A DNA stretch of 64,000 bases, taken from NCBI RefSeq assembly GCF_020745735.1, contig NC_083402.1, forward strand, positions 148,408,527 through 148,472,526. Direction: 5' to 3'. Position 1 is the first letter of the stretch, and the number at the start of each line of letters is the position of its first letter. The notes under the pieces were generated by a model. That model worked only from the letters and a program-made list of their open reading frames with translations, was not told the DNA's origin and ran no database searches. Both the position numbers and the translations under genes were made by a program. Below are positions 13,890 to 26,600 of the stretch, in pieces. This DNA comes from Hemiscyllium ocellatum (lineage: Eukaryota).

Positions 13890-15330
13890 GGGGAAATGTT
13901 ATCATAAGTGACTGGTTAGCAAGGTTAGATCTCATGGAATACAGGGAGAAATAGTCTGGGGTGGCATGGTGGCTCAGTGGTTAGCACTGCTGCCTCACAG
14001 TACCAGAGTTCAATTCCCACATTGGGTGATTGTCGATGTGGAGTTTGCACGTTGCCCCCGTGTCTGCGTGGGTTTCCTCCCACAATCCAAAGATGTGCTG
14101 GCCAGGTGAATTGGCCATGCTAATTTGCCCATAAGGTTAAGTGCGTTAGTCAGGGTTAAATATAGGGTAAGGGGGTGGGTTACTCTTCGGATGGTAGGTG
14201 TGGACTTATTGGGCCGAAGGGCCTGTTCCATACTGTAGGGAGTTTAATCTAGGCACTTGGATACAGAAGTGGCTCAAAGGTAGAAGACGGAGGGTTATAT
14301 TCAAACTGCAGGCCTGTGACCAGTGGAGTGTCACAAGGATTGGTGCTGGGTCCACTACTTTTCATCATTTATATAAATGCTTTGGATGTGAGCATAAGGG
14401 GCTTAGTTAGTAAGTTTGCAGATGATAGCAAAATTGAGGTGCAGCGGTCAGCGAAGAAGGTTACTTCCGATTACAACAGGATTTTGATCAGATGGGTCAA
14501 TGGGCTAAGAAATAGCAGATGGAATTTAATTTAGATAAATGTGAGGTGCTGCATTTTGGGAAAGCAAATCTTAGCAGGACTTATACACTTAATGGTAAAG
14601 TTCTAGGAAGTTTTGCTGAACAAAGATATCATGGAGTGCAGGTTTATAGCTCCTTGGAAGTAGAGTCACAGGTAGATAGGATAGTGAAGAAGGCATTTGG
14701 TATGCTTTCCTTTATTGGTCAGAGTATTGAGTACAGGAGTTGGGAGGTTATGTTGTGGCTGTACAAGACATTGGTTAGGCCATTTTTGGAATATTGCGTG
14801 AAATTCTGGTATCCTTCCTATCAGAAGGATGTTGTGAAACTTGAAAAGGTTCAGAAAAGATTTACAAGGATGTTGCCAGGGTTGGAGGATTTGAGCTTTA
14901 GGGAGAGGTTGAATAGGCTGGGCCTGTTATCCCTGGAGCGTCAGAGGTTGAGGGGTGACATTATAGAGGTTTATAAAATCACGAGGGGCATGGGTAGGAT
15001 AGGAAAGACAAAATTTCTTCCCTGGTGTGGGAGAGTCCAGAACGAGAGGGCATAGGTTTAGGGTGAGAGGGGAAAGATATAAAAACCTAAGGGGTGACTT
15101 TTTTTATGCAGGAGGTGGTGCGTGTATGGAATGAGCTACCAGAGGAAGTGGTGGAATAGGATACAATTACACTATTTAAAAGTCTTTTGGATGGGTATAT
15201 GAATAGGAAGGATTTGGAGAGATATGGGCCAGGTGCTGGCAGGTGGGACTAGATTGGGTTAGGATATCTGGTCAGCAATGGATGAGTTGGACTGTAGGGT
15301 CTGTTTCCGTGCTGTACGTCTCTATGACTC
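13890..15330 (+). mobile_element. CR1 LINE 3' part, interrupted by a SINE
   Basis: ORFs 14316..14534 and 14519..15055 (RT, LVRPFLEYCVKFW); tail ctctatgactc; same family as 258-1545. Confidence 0.9.
13958..14250 (+). mobile_element. HE1-type tRNA-derived SINE inserted in CR1
   Basis: A box TGGCTCAGTGG, B-box-like GTTCAATTCC, central gtggagtttgcacg...gggtttcctcc domain, CR1-like tail. Confidence 0.8.
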
Positions 15331-16855
15331 GATCACTAGACTATTTATCTGGAGGGCCAGGTGATGTTCTGGGAACTCCGGTTTGAATCCCACCATGACA
15401 GGTGGTGGAATTTGAATTTAAAAAAATAATCTGGAATTCGGAGTCTAATGTTGCCCATGAAACCATTGTCATAAAAAGCCCATCTGGTTATCAATGCTTT
15501 TTAAGGAAGGAAATTTTCTGCCATCTTTACCTAGTCTGGCCTACATGTGACTCCTGTCCCACATCAATGAATTGCCAGAGGGAGGGGTGGAGGCTGGTAC
15601 AATTACAATGTTTAAAATACATTGTGGAAGGGTTTAGAGGGATATCGGCCAAATGCTGGCATATGGGTCTAGATTAATTTAGATTATCTGAATGGCATGG
15701 ACGAGTTGGACTGAAGGGTCTGTTTCTGTTCTGTGCTTCTCTAAGACGCGGTGATAGTTGTTGTGGCTTTGGATGGTATTATCCAAGCACTTCAGGTGAA
15801 TATCTGTAGTGTATCTTGTGGATGGTATTCATTGCTGCTCGTATGTTGGTAGTGGAGGGAGTGACTGTTCGTGGACATTCCAAAATTCATTACAGACGCT
15901 GATAGGATGACCCAAACTGTTAAGCTCTGGGTGATGAAGGGGTGAACTGGTTTTTTTATTTAAATCCACCCCTTCCATTACATTGTTTGCAAAAGGTTCA
16001 TCTAAAAACAAATCCCTTCCCCTTTTAGATACATTTTGCTCAGACCCAAAGGAAATGGCTTTAAAAGGAGCCAATTTTTAACATGGCTTTCTTAAAAAAA
16101 ATTAACAAGAGACTTATTAACTACTACACGTGACAAAAAAAACACCAATGAAACACACACACAGATTAGAAATAAAAACAAAATTCCAAACTGATAAATG
16201 TTAATAAAAAAGGGTGGGTCCGTCTTTGAGTTGTTCATGAAGTGGGTTAGTTAAACAAGGTTACTCACTGGGACAAAAACAAATTACTGGAGAAAGTCAG
16301 CAAGTCTGGAAGTATCTGTGGAGAGAAAGCAGGGTTAATATTTTGTATCCAGAACCCTTCTGCACAAGAGTCATTGGACTCAAAACATGAACTCTGCTTT
16401 CTCCCCAAGTGCAGATCTGCTGAACTTCTCCAAAATTTGTGCTTTCGTATCAGATCTCCTCCATCCGCAGTTTTAGTTTTGTTCCATTTTGTGGTTATTG
16501 GTTGTTGACGGTCGAACAGTGACTTCTTTGGCTAATTGTTTTGTAGATGGATTGAAGCCCCGTTGGTGTTTAATTCCTTTGTTAACTCCTTTATAGAACT
16601 TGGTGCAAGGGTCTCCCTTCCATAGTCCTGCTGTACAGAGGGACTAGAGGATAGTCCTTCACCGCCCATTCATGTTTAAACTCAGGACGATATACAAGAG
16701 CATTCATTCCTTGAAGTCTACTGCAGCAGAGAGGAAACTGACTTTTTAACCTCAATCTTGGTGCATATCTGGAATGTAAAATGGACATGTCTACAAGAGG
16801 TGGCTCTCTGCTGAAAGGAGAGAGATAAGCAGCACCCCCTTATTATCCCTTCTGG

Positions 16856-17153
16856 TTTAGATTAGATTACTTAGTGTGGAAACAGGCCCTTCGGCCCAAC
16901 AATCCACACGGACCCGCCAAAGCGCAACCCACCCATTCCCCTACGTTTACCCCTTACCTAATACTACGGGCAATTTAGCATGGCCAATTCACCTGACCCG
17001 CACATTTTTGGACTGTGGGAGGAAACCGTAGCACCCGGAGGAAATCCACGCAGACACGGGGAGAACGTGCAAACTCCACACAGTCAGTCAGTCGCCTGAG
17101 TCGGGAATTGAACCCGGGTCTCAGGCGCTGTGAGGCAGCAGTGCTAACCACCG
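16856..17153 (-). mobile_element. HE1-type SINE
   Basis: Reverse complement is nearly identical to 44129-44445. Confidence 0.85.
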
Positions 17154-19612
17154 TTTAGTCTCTCTTTTTTGAAATTTCCCTGAATGTGTTTTTGGAACTT
17201 TCTATTGGGTTCACGTTGGATCTAACCTCAGTGACTGACTGTTTTTCTAGAACAGTCATCCTTAGCAGAACATTATCAAATTAATAGTAAATGAGAAGTC
17301 TAAAACACTTACTGATCCATCATAATAGATTCCCAATGAAAGGATCTCACTTCATTTTCTCTTTCAGTACAAAAAGTAAAATGGAACAATTAAAACCAAA
17401 CATATTTTTATCCTCATATTGAATATATCCTCCATCCTCTGCTCATTAGTTTTTTGCTTTTAATCAGGTCTAAGTTCTGGATTTGCGAGCAGTATTGGGT
17501 GATATTTTAAGCTTAAAGTTGAAGGAATAAACTCCAATGGAATAACCAGTTGAGACTTAAACATTTTCACCGAGTGTTGTAGTCTCTTGGTGGAACCCAT
17601 TGCAGATATACAGCTCAAAGTATTCATCAGCCAGAAGCTTAGCTACTCGATTGTGGAGCAGTGTTTCTGATGTTCGTTCAACTTGTTGGAAAACGTACTC
17701 AGTTGGTCTCTCTAAATCGGGACCATCCTGCCTGAACAACCACCCTTATCCCAGTTTCTCTTGCTTTCACGGTTACTTATTTAAATGTTTGGAGCTGTAA
17801 GCATAGCCTCAGTTGTTAACATTACTTCTACTTTTCAATAGCAGTTTGATATTGCCTAGTACCACATTCTCAAGAACCTCCTTATTTCCCATTTTGGTAT
17901 CAGAATAGGGATCTGTGCTGTTGATTCTCCCTGCACAACTCTGGGCAGTATGTATCCTTGACCCACTGTGTCTGAAAGAGGCCACATGGACACAAATGAA
18001 CATGGTTTCAAAGTGTATTTGGCATGTGCTGCCATGTACAAGATGGGTATCTAGGTACTCAGTGCAATTAGATTAATTGTGCAGCTATCTGGTTCAGCAA
18101 CCTTTCCAAACAGACTGGCCATTTCAGAGTTGAACTGACATGAATCAATGCTGGCAGATCCTGCCCAGATCATCAAGGTGGGACATTTTCCCTTCTCAGG
18201 AAAAGCTGCTGCCTAAGAATGTTACTGTCGTGAGTCATCTCCATTTTTAAAAGCCTTAGCTATGCTCAAAAAAAGTGTCCTAGATATTGTCACAGTCTGG
18301 GATTTTCTCTTGAAAATGCTCCCAAAAGGTGTAAATTGAATCAAACTTTTTGTTAGAACCGAAATCAGACAATTGGGTAATTTTATAATCTTAAGTGGTA
18401 TATAGCTCTACTAAAGTAAAATACACAATACCAAATTTAATCTAGTACAGCTCACAACTATCAAATATCCTGGAATAATCAAGAATAGAATATCCATCAA
18501 CATTTAAAATCTAACTTAATCTTAAAACTCCAGATTAGCAAGTTACCTTCAGGTGAGGGATGTAATGTATGAGAGTTTGGAAGGATCTTTGATATTTTGC
18601 AAAGCAGTTGTCAAAATAACATTTCATGTCAATCCTCTGATTAGAACCCCTCACTTTCAGATCATAACTATTACACATTAATAAAGGAGCTTTCACTTGG
18701 TCGTTGTGGTATTTCATAAATCCTTCAATCTTTAAATATTTCTGAGGTTTCAAATTTGTGTCTTTATCAGTGTTGCCTTACTCTGGTTTCTAATATTAGT
18801 TAGGAATCCTGGCTCTGATCGGATTGTTCTAATGCTACTCAAATTATAATTTTACCTTCACATCCATCATGTGGAGATGAGTCTTTCCAGCTGTTTTAAT
18901 ATTTCAACCTTTATAGTGTCAGCTGAGCATTAATTGAATAGCACAAGTCTCCATATCCCCCAACTATATCTTTTTCATCTGAGCTACAATTGAGCTTTTC
19001 ATTGTCAAAACCTTCAGGGATCTTTACCTTTTATATTTTTGTGCATTTATGTATTCTAGTTAGTTACTCATTTCAATCAAGCCAGTTTTTCTCTAATCAT
19101 TAAATAGATCCTGTAAGTCTCCTGGGCCAGATTTTTCAGGCCTAGCTGATAAACAGACATGGGAAAAGCCTCTCCAAGAGAGAGGATACTGAATTAGGGC
19201 AGTGAATTCTGGTTTCTCTCCATCAGCCTGTAAATATAGTGGGCAGCCCTGCACTGGGTAGGTGCATGAGGAATCTAAGTTTTCTAGTACTTCTGCATTG
19301 GTGAATAGGTGCCAAATGTGGCCTTCTCACATTTACCTCCAATTCTAAAGTAACAACCCTTGTCCTCCAAATTGGAGGAGTGACAGCCAGTTACCCATTT
19401 GTCCATTCAGTAGCAGTAGTCCTTTATTACTAACTCTAGAACCTTTGCTTTTCTCCCTAATCTGGAGTCCGTCCGTTAATTCAGTTGCAGCTTCTTGATT
19501 ACTCTATATAGGTCATCACTTTTTTTTTTAAAAAAAATGCCTAGTGTTACCAGGAACAACATTCTTCTGGCTGAAAAGGTTCAGGCACTAGTGTTGACTG
19601 CTTGTGTTCATA

Positions 19613-19746
19613 AGCTCTTCAGGAATCCTGAAGGGCTTATGCCTGAAATGTCGAATCTCCTGTTCCTTGGATGCTGCCTGACCTGCTGTGCTTTTCCAGC
19701 AACACTTTCAGCTCTGATCTCCAGCATCTGCAGACCTCACTTTCTC
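19613..19746 (+). mobile_element. Short Penelope-like terminal repeat with short inverted 5' segment
   Basis: 15-bp flanking direct repeat ctgcttgtgttcata (19598-19612, 19747-19761). Confidence 0.72.
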
Positions 19747-20500
19747 CTGCTTGTGTTCATATTTGGGACACTCTTCCTTGGCTACTTTGAGGCGGAAAAG
19801 TTACTCCACTCCGGTACCTTCTGCTTTAACTACTGGAGGTTTAGTTCAAAGCCCTCTCAGATGGTGCTTTAAAAACCAAACACCAATTGGATTTACTCAA
19901 CAGGCTCAGTTCAGGATTGTAACAAGGCCTAAAAAGTGTTACAACCAGGCCCCAGCTGCAAGTTTCAAATTTATATATCTAGATAAAAATGAATATTTCA
20001 GGGCATCTTATTGGGGAGGGGAAAAAAACTGAGCAGAGATGACCCAGCTCCCTTTTATTCTCACCATTTTGTCAGTTACAAAGGTCAAACTTATTTTTTT
20101 TTCCCCTATTTCCCCTTGTTTGACTTCCCGGCTGTTACTGTGCCTAACATTTTCATTAGGGCCAGAGATAGCTAATGGACAGCCTTTGAAGAGTCAGGGG
20201 ATGTTACTGACCTCAGAACTCAGTCTCTGATCTGCTTTTGGAACATTGATATAGTATTGGTGTTCCAGGATTAGTGGTGGGGATTCAGTAGCGGGGATTC
20301 AGTAGCTGATACCACTGAAAATGAAGCAGCAACTGGTTGTTTACAATGTTCATCTTAGTTGTGGCTTTCGTTTCAATCAAAAGCATACTGACTGCATGAA
20401 AAACTCCAGACCAAAGACAGTCACCTTTTCATTGGAATGGGAAAGCTAGAAGTGACATTTGTTGCAACTAACACAGTTGAGACAAGTTTGTAAAATTGCA

Positions 20501-20506
20501 TTTATT
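20501..20506 (-). terminator. Candidate polyadenylation signal AATAAA
   Basis: 18 nt downstream of the stop codon, followed by a U/GU-rich stretch (ctgtgttagttg). Confidence 0.5.
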
Positions 20507-20524
20507 TGCCTTTTGGAAAAAAAA

Positions 20525-20631
20525 TTAATCACCCTCAAAGGCTGGGTTCTCAAAATACATGCTCTGCTGAGTCTTCCTCTTCAGGTCTTGCCATTTCAGG
20601 TAACCAGCAACAACAGCCATGGTCAAGAGTA
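20525..20631 (-). CDS. VLDLR: Terminal exon: rest of TM plus short cytoplasmic tail [35 protein letters not shown]
   Basis: tttcag|TA CTC TTG...; aligns without gaps to VLDLR [32 protein letters not shown]; TAA at 20527-20525. Confidence 0.88.
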
Positions 20632-23600
20632 CTGAAATACAGAAGTGATAAATTAGGCTCCAGTTCAAAAGGAACAGAATAGATTCTCAGTCATATAGCA
20701 TGGAAACAGACCCTCCAATTCAGTTCATCTATGTTAAACAGATATCCTAAAATAGTCCAGTCCCACCTCTAACTTTTTTCATTTAGCCATCCAGATGCCT
20801 TTTAAATCTTGAAGTTGGTCTCTACCACTTTCTCTGGCCACTCATTCCATAGGGAAAAAAGCTACCCCTCAGGTCTCAAATCTTTCCTCTCACATTAACC
20901 TATGCCCTTAGTTTTGAATTCCCTTACGCTGGAGGAGAGAGATATTTACCCTATGTCCCTCATGATTTTATAAACCTCAAGGTCACCCCTTGGTCTCTGA
21001 TGTTCCAGGAAACAGCCTCAACCTATTTAACCTCTCCCTGTAGCTCACATCCTCTACCCTGGCAACATCCTTGGAGATCTTTTCTGAATCCTTTCAAATT
21101 TCACAACATCCTTCTGATTGAGGGAGACCAGAATTTCATACAGTATTCAAATAGTGGCCAAACTAATGTCCTCTAGAGCCACAACATAATCTTCAACATC
21201 TCTACTTAATGCTGACCAATAAAGGAAAGCACACCAAAATACCTTTACTAATCAATCTACCTGCAACTCTACTTCCAAGGAATTATGAATCTTCACTCAG
21301 TCTCTCTTCAGCAAAACTCTCCAGGACTGTACCATTAAGTCCTGCTCTGATTCACCTTTCTAAAGTGCAGCACTTTGCATTTATCCAAATTAAACTCCAT
21401 CTGCCACTTCTCTGCCCATTGGATCAAGATTCCATTGTACTGAGGTAACCTTCACTGTCTACTACACCTTCAACTTTAGTGTCATCTGCAAACTTATAAA
21501 CATACCTATGTTCACATCCAAATCACTGAATGACAAAAAGCAGTGATTCTTGTGGCACATCACTAGTCACAGCCCTCCAGTCTGACAAGGCAACCCTCCA
21601 GCACCACCCTGGCTACCTTTGAGCCAGTTGCATATCCAAATATGATGCAGAGATGCTGGTGTTGGACTCAGGTGGATAAAGTTAAAAATCACAACACCGG
21701 GCTATAGTCTAAGAGGTTTATTCAGGAGTATAGCTTTTGAGAGCTAGTACTTCCAAATATACCTGTTGGGCTGTAGCTTTGATTTTTAACTATCTGAATA
21801 ACTAGTTCTCCCTGTATTCCATAAGATCCAATCTTGTTAACTAGTCCAGCATGAGGACTCTTGAAGACCTTACTGAAGTCCATAAAAGATCACATCCACT
21901 GCTCTGTCTTCAATCTTGTTACTCCAAAGAAGAAAAAAAACAAAAACACCTCTGGTTTGAGGGACAAATTTTCCCCAAAGTCATGTTGGACTATCCTTAA
22001 AATCAGTCCTTGCCAGATTTGTCCTCCAGGTGTTTTGACTTCTATCCTTAAGGCAACTATATGACATTCTAAAGATGAGGAGGCTTGTGTGTTTTCCATT
22101 TAGAAATACTTACAAATGGCAAGTGCAATCCAACCAGCCACAGAGCCATTCTCTGGTTTGTTGACTTTATCAAGTGTAATGCTTGAATCTCTCCCTACAG
22201 AAACAGAATGAAAGCCACATTCCAATTCTTAAATCTAATCCCATTGGGGAAGAAAGCAGCACACGATATTGCTTACATAATGCTAATTGTGGAGTGAGCC
22301 AATTACACTAATTTAGTTAACTATTTGGCTTGATATTACAGGTTGCTTTTTTGCATCAGGAGTTAATCACATTACCTCTAGAAGTCTCAGTATGCTGTTC
22401 AGTTGATGGGTATTTAATGGTACTGGAGGATAAAGTAGACAGTGTTGCTGTAGATAGATGTACATTTGCTGAGAAAAAAGAAGAGAAAAATATTACCTAT
22501 TGCATCTTAAACATGCGATTCTAACTTTTTCAAATCCCTATAGTGCAGGGAGTGGGGACATTTGACCCATTGAGTCTGCACCAACCCTCAAGATCATCCC
22601 ACAGTCCTGAGAAAGTTAGTCATGGAGCACATAGCACAAAGGCCCTCGTTTGTCCAAATTAAACCACTTCATGGAATCACGTGGAAAGACTCAGCTGAGC
22701 AGTCTAATATTGCAGGATGAAACAAGCCAACTGGAGGAGAGTGGAGTGATCAGGATACTACATCCTACTTGACTCAATGGAAGCCAGAGCCAGGCCTGAA
22801 TTTCTGCTCAAAAGCTAGAAATATGTAGACCAGATTCATCCTCCAGGTATTTTGACTTCTATCCTTAAGGCAATCAAAATGGTCATCTTACACATTTGAT
22901 TTCAATATGATGCTGACATTTCAAGTGCTTTAGTTTGCCATAAAAAATTGAAATAAAGCAAGAATCAAGTAAATCAGATCACATCAGAATGATGGTGGAA
23001 ACAGCATCCTTCTGTACTGTTGATAGTTACACTACACATACATTTGAAGACTCAGTTTCCAGATTTAGAGTTTTGAACCTCAACCATTTAAAAAAGAGGA
23101 CATCTTAGAGATTTAAAGGGTGATAGAATTGAGAATTAAGAAAATAAGCCAGAATTCACCTTCAAAAAATGGAGACTAAACTGCACAAATTTGATGGAAA
23201 TCACAACTTCAGATGAATACAAAAAAAAAGTGCAGCAAATTGTACCAATGTCTGAATATAGCTATCCAAGATATGCTGCTCTATTTACAAAACAGTTATC
23301 TGCCTCACCATTTCAATTCAGTGAACTAAAAAAGTTTGTATGTATGGTAGTCGGGAACTAAAAACTCTAGAGTTTTGGTCATTTCAGGCCACTGTGGCCT
23401 GGCAACTCACCCTTGTTATATAGTTTGGGTTCAAGACCAACTGCTCACAAAGGCAGATTGAAGAACTGGTTTCAGGCACTTCTGTAGAGCTGTTTTCATA
23501 TTACATACACAAAACCAGATATAACTAGTCACTGAAATCCACTGATGTTTAACGGTCTCTGCCCAGTGATGTTTATGCTTTGCAGAGTGTCACTCCATGA

Positions 23601-26600
23601 CACTAAGTGTTACCCAAGGATATTACCACCACTTTACATTTTTAATTGTATTGAATTCACTATCCCAATTTCTTGGTGTAGCCTTTACACCATAGTCACT
23701 GTTGCACCAACCATTTGAAGGTGTTTGAGAACAAAGTTGATGATTTCAGATCCTAAATTCCCTCACAACTTTTATTGCCCAATGAAAGTTTTACAAAATT
23801 TAATAGTAGGTACCACATCTCACTGGATGAAGCCTTTCCAGCCTGTTTAACCCAGTTATGAAAAATTCAAATACTTTATCCACTTCATTTTCAGTGGATT
23901 CCCTGTATATTCTAAAGGAGGAATACAAAAAAGCTGGTGCTAGCTATTAAAGATTGATTGAGTTTACCTATTCTACAGTGTTTTCCATTCAGCTCCAGTT
24001 CCTTCCCAGATGGACACACACAGGTATATTTTGGTGACTGACTGTTGAACCAAGGTGCAGGGAGACACATGAAGTCACAGCCGCCATTCTTTAAGCTTTT
24101 ATTACACCAATTTTTACCTAGGAAAAAAGTACAGACCAATTCATGTAGAAATGGAGTCATACTATTTGGATAAAGTAGTGTGAAACCAAGGGAGAGCACA
24201 ATGAAGGTCTATTAATAAAAAGTATGCTGCCCAGAACAATTCAAGTTGGGTTGGCAAGCTACTGCATGATGAAGAAAGTCTTAAAAAGTACAAACTGTCC
24301 ACTGAGTGAGGAGAATTTAAAACCACTTCCACTGCCCAGCAAGGCGAGTTCTAGGAAGAGAAAAAGATGAAGGGGCAGAAACTGAAGTATTTTCCTTAAA
24401 GGAGCACTTTTGTCAACACTAGGGGAGGTGAGAATGAAGTAGTCCTGAAATTTCTGGATTCCAAAAGTATGTTAATAGAGTAATAGAACTAAACAAGTGG
24501 CTGGACGATAAAAAGAATTTGCAAAGACCTGAAACAAGGAGTTGATTTAAGTGTGGGGCTAGGATTTCACTGCAATATAAGAAATAGGAAGAGGTGTAGG
24601 CTGTTCAGTCCCTTCCCCACTAAAGAGCATGGCTGATCCAATATTACTCATCCACTTTCCCAAATCTGCCCATAGCCATCAATTCCATGACTAATCAACA
24701 ACTTACATCATGAAAATACACAAGTTCCCCATAGCTGTGACCAGGACTGTGTAAACACAACCTTCAGATTCCTGAATCTTAAATTGGCATTCCTTTCTTC
24801 AGTGACTATGCCCTCTGGTCCCAGACTGTCCCATGCAGGGGCGGACAAATACCTTTGCCTTCACCAAGGCGGCAGAAACCGCTTGACTGTTTCAATGAGA
24901 AACTAATTCTAAACTCGAGTAGAGTCCCACGTTGTTTAGCTTTTGCTCACAAGACATTCCTTGTATACCAGGGTTCATCTTAAGTAAACTTTCTCTGAAC
25001 TACCTCCAATGAAGTGCTAATTTTAAAAAAAGGGCACCAAACATGCTCAGTACTCCAGATGACAAAGCAGGATCAAGAGGCTGCAATGCCTAACTCTCCA
25101 TCCTCCCCAGAGAGCTTGATTAGATCCATTAAGAAAGAGAGGAGTGCAGATAGGAATTTGTGGGTTGAAATCTATTAATAAAAAAAAACTTACCAGATGG
25201 CTGCAACAGTTTATTATAAACAGTGAGGTCACGTGGCTTATGAAGGTTGGAAGCCAACACCTTCACCTCTTCTCCTGTGAACTTATTGGCTCCATAAATG
25301 GTTTTGCTTGCTGCATCAGTCCAGAAGACATTGTCCTGGAACAAGATCATTTTCAGCATGGAGACATAATCTAGACATCTCAGTACCTTTCCCGAGTGCA
25401 TTTCACTTAAATTAATCTTGATCTGTTCTAAATGATTTTCCAATTTTTTTTCCATAGAAGGAATGAAGATGGTAGCCACAAGAGGCCAGTGTTGGACTGG
25501 GCTGGACAAAAAAAGTCAAAAGTCACTACACCAGATTTAGTCCAATGGTTTATTTGAAAGAAAATCAAATTTTACCTGAAGCAACAGCACTGAAAGCTTG
25601 CAATTTCAAACAAACTTGTTGTACTACAACCTGGTGTTGAGACACTTTGGGTAAAAAGTCAGTGAATTTATAGTATGTTGTTTAAATCCTACAAGGATCA
25701 GTCAGCAAGCCTCCATTTCACTAAGTTGAAATGCCTTTAAATAGAATAATATTGGAAAATGTTAATAAAATGGATGGGAAATAAAGCATTACCTCAAATA
25801 CAGAGACAGCAAAAGGATGAATGAGGAATTCCAATGACCACAACACTGTTCTTCTATCCTGGCCATTCAGACCTACACTTGATATTGTGTGCAACTTTGA
25901 ATCAACCCAATACAAGCAGCTTTTCACAAGATCTGGGGACAAAGTTCAGGTTAAGCTAGTTGTCAATAAAAGCATCTATGCACTTTCAATCCCCAGTAGA
26001 AATATCCTTACCAAGTGCAATGCCATTTGGCCACTGAATCTCTTTGGTCACAAGATGCTGCCGGTCAGCACCATTCATTCCTGCTTTTTCAATCACTGCT
26101 GGTTCACCACAGTCTGACCAGTACATAAACCTTCAAAACAAAAACCGTTTTTAAGGAGCTCAAACTTTGACTATTAAATGAAGTTCAAGCAATGAACTGT
26201 TAATTCTGCAAGGCAGTTGGGAAGCCTCATGCCATACAATTTTCACAGTAAAGATAAAACAGGTTTAGCCAAACAGTTTCCAGCAAGAACAGATTTTGGC
26301 TGAGAACTAGTACATAATTACTAAACTCAAATTTGGGCGATATTCCAGCCAGGCCTGGATTTCTTTTTTCACCATATTCTTAATCTGGCTTCTTTATAAA
26401 TCAGTCCTTCAGTTAGGACAAAATATATAACGTTTTCCAAAATATCTTGTCCCTCACAGCTACAGGTTCAAAGTCACTCTTGGGTGACTGAAGTTTGCAC
26501 ATTCTCCCAGTGTCTGTGTGGGTTTCCTCCAGGCGCAGTTTCCTCCCACACAGTCAGCCAGAGATATGCTGGCTGGCTGGATTGGCCATGCTAAAATATC

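Larger units (their letters stand above)
22013..22873 (+). repeat. Pair of 44-bp direct repeats (22013-22056 and 22830-22873), 41/44 identical
   Basis: ccagatttgtcctccaggtgttttgacttctatccttaaggcaa vs ccagattcatcctccaggtattttgacttctatccttaaggcaa. Confidence 0.85.

Noticed and set aside
17557-17739. 60-aa minus-strand ORF with protein-like composition
   Set aside because: No recognisable motif or splice support.
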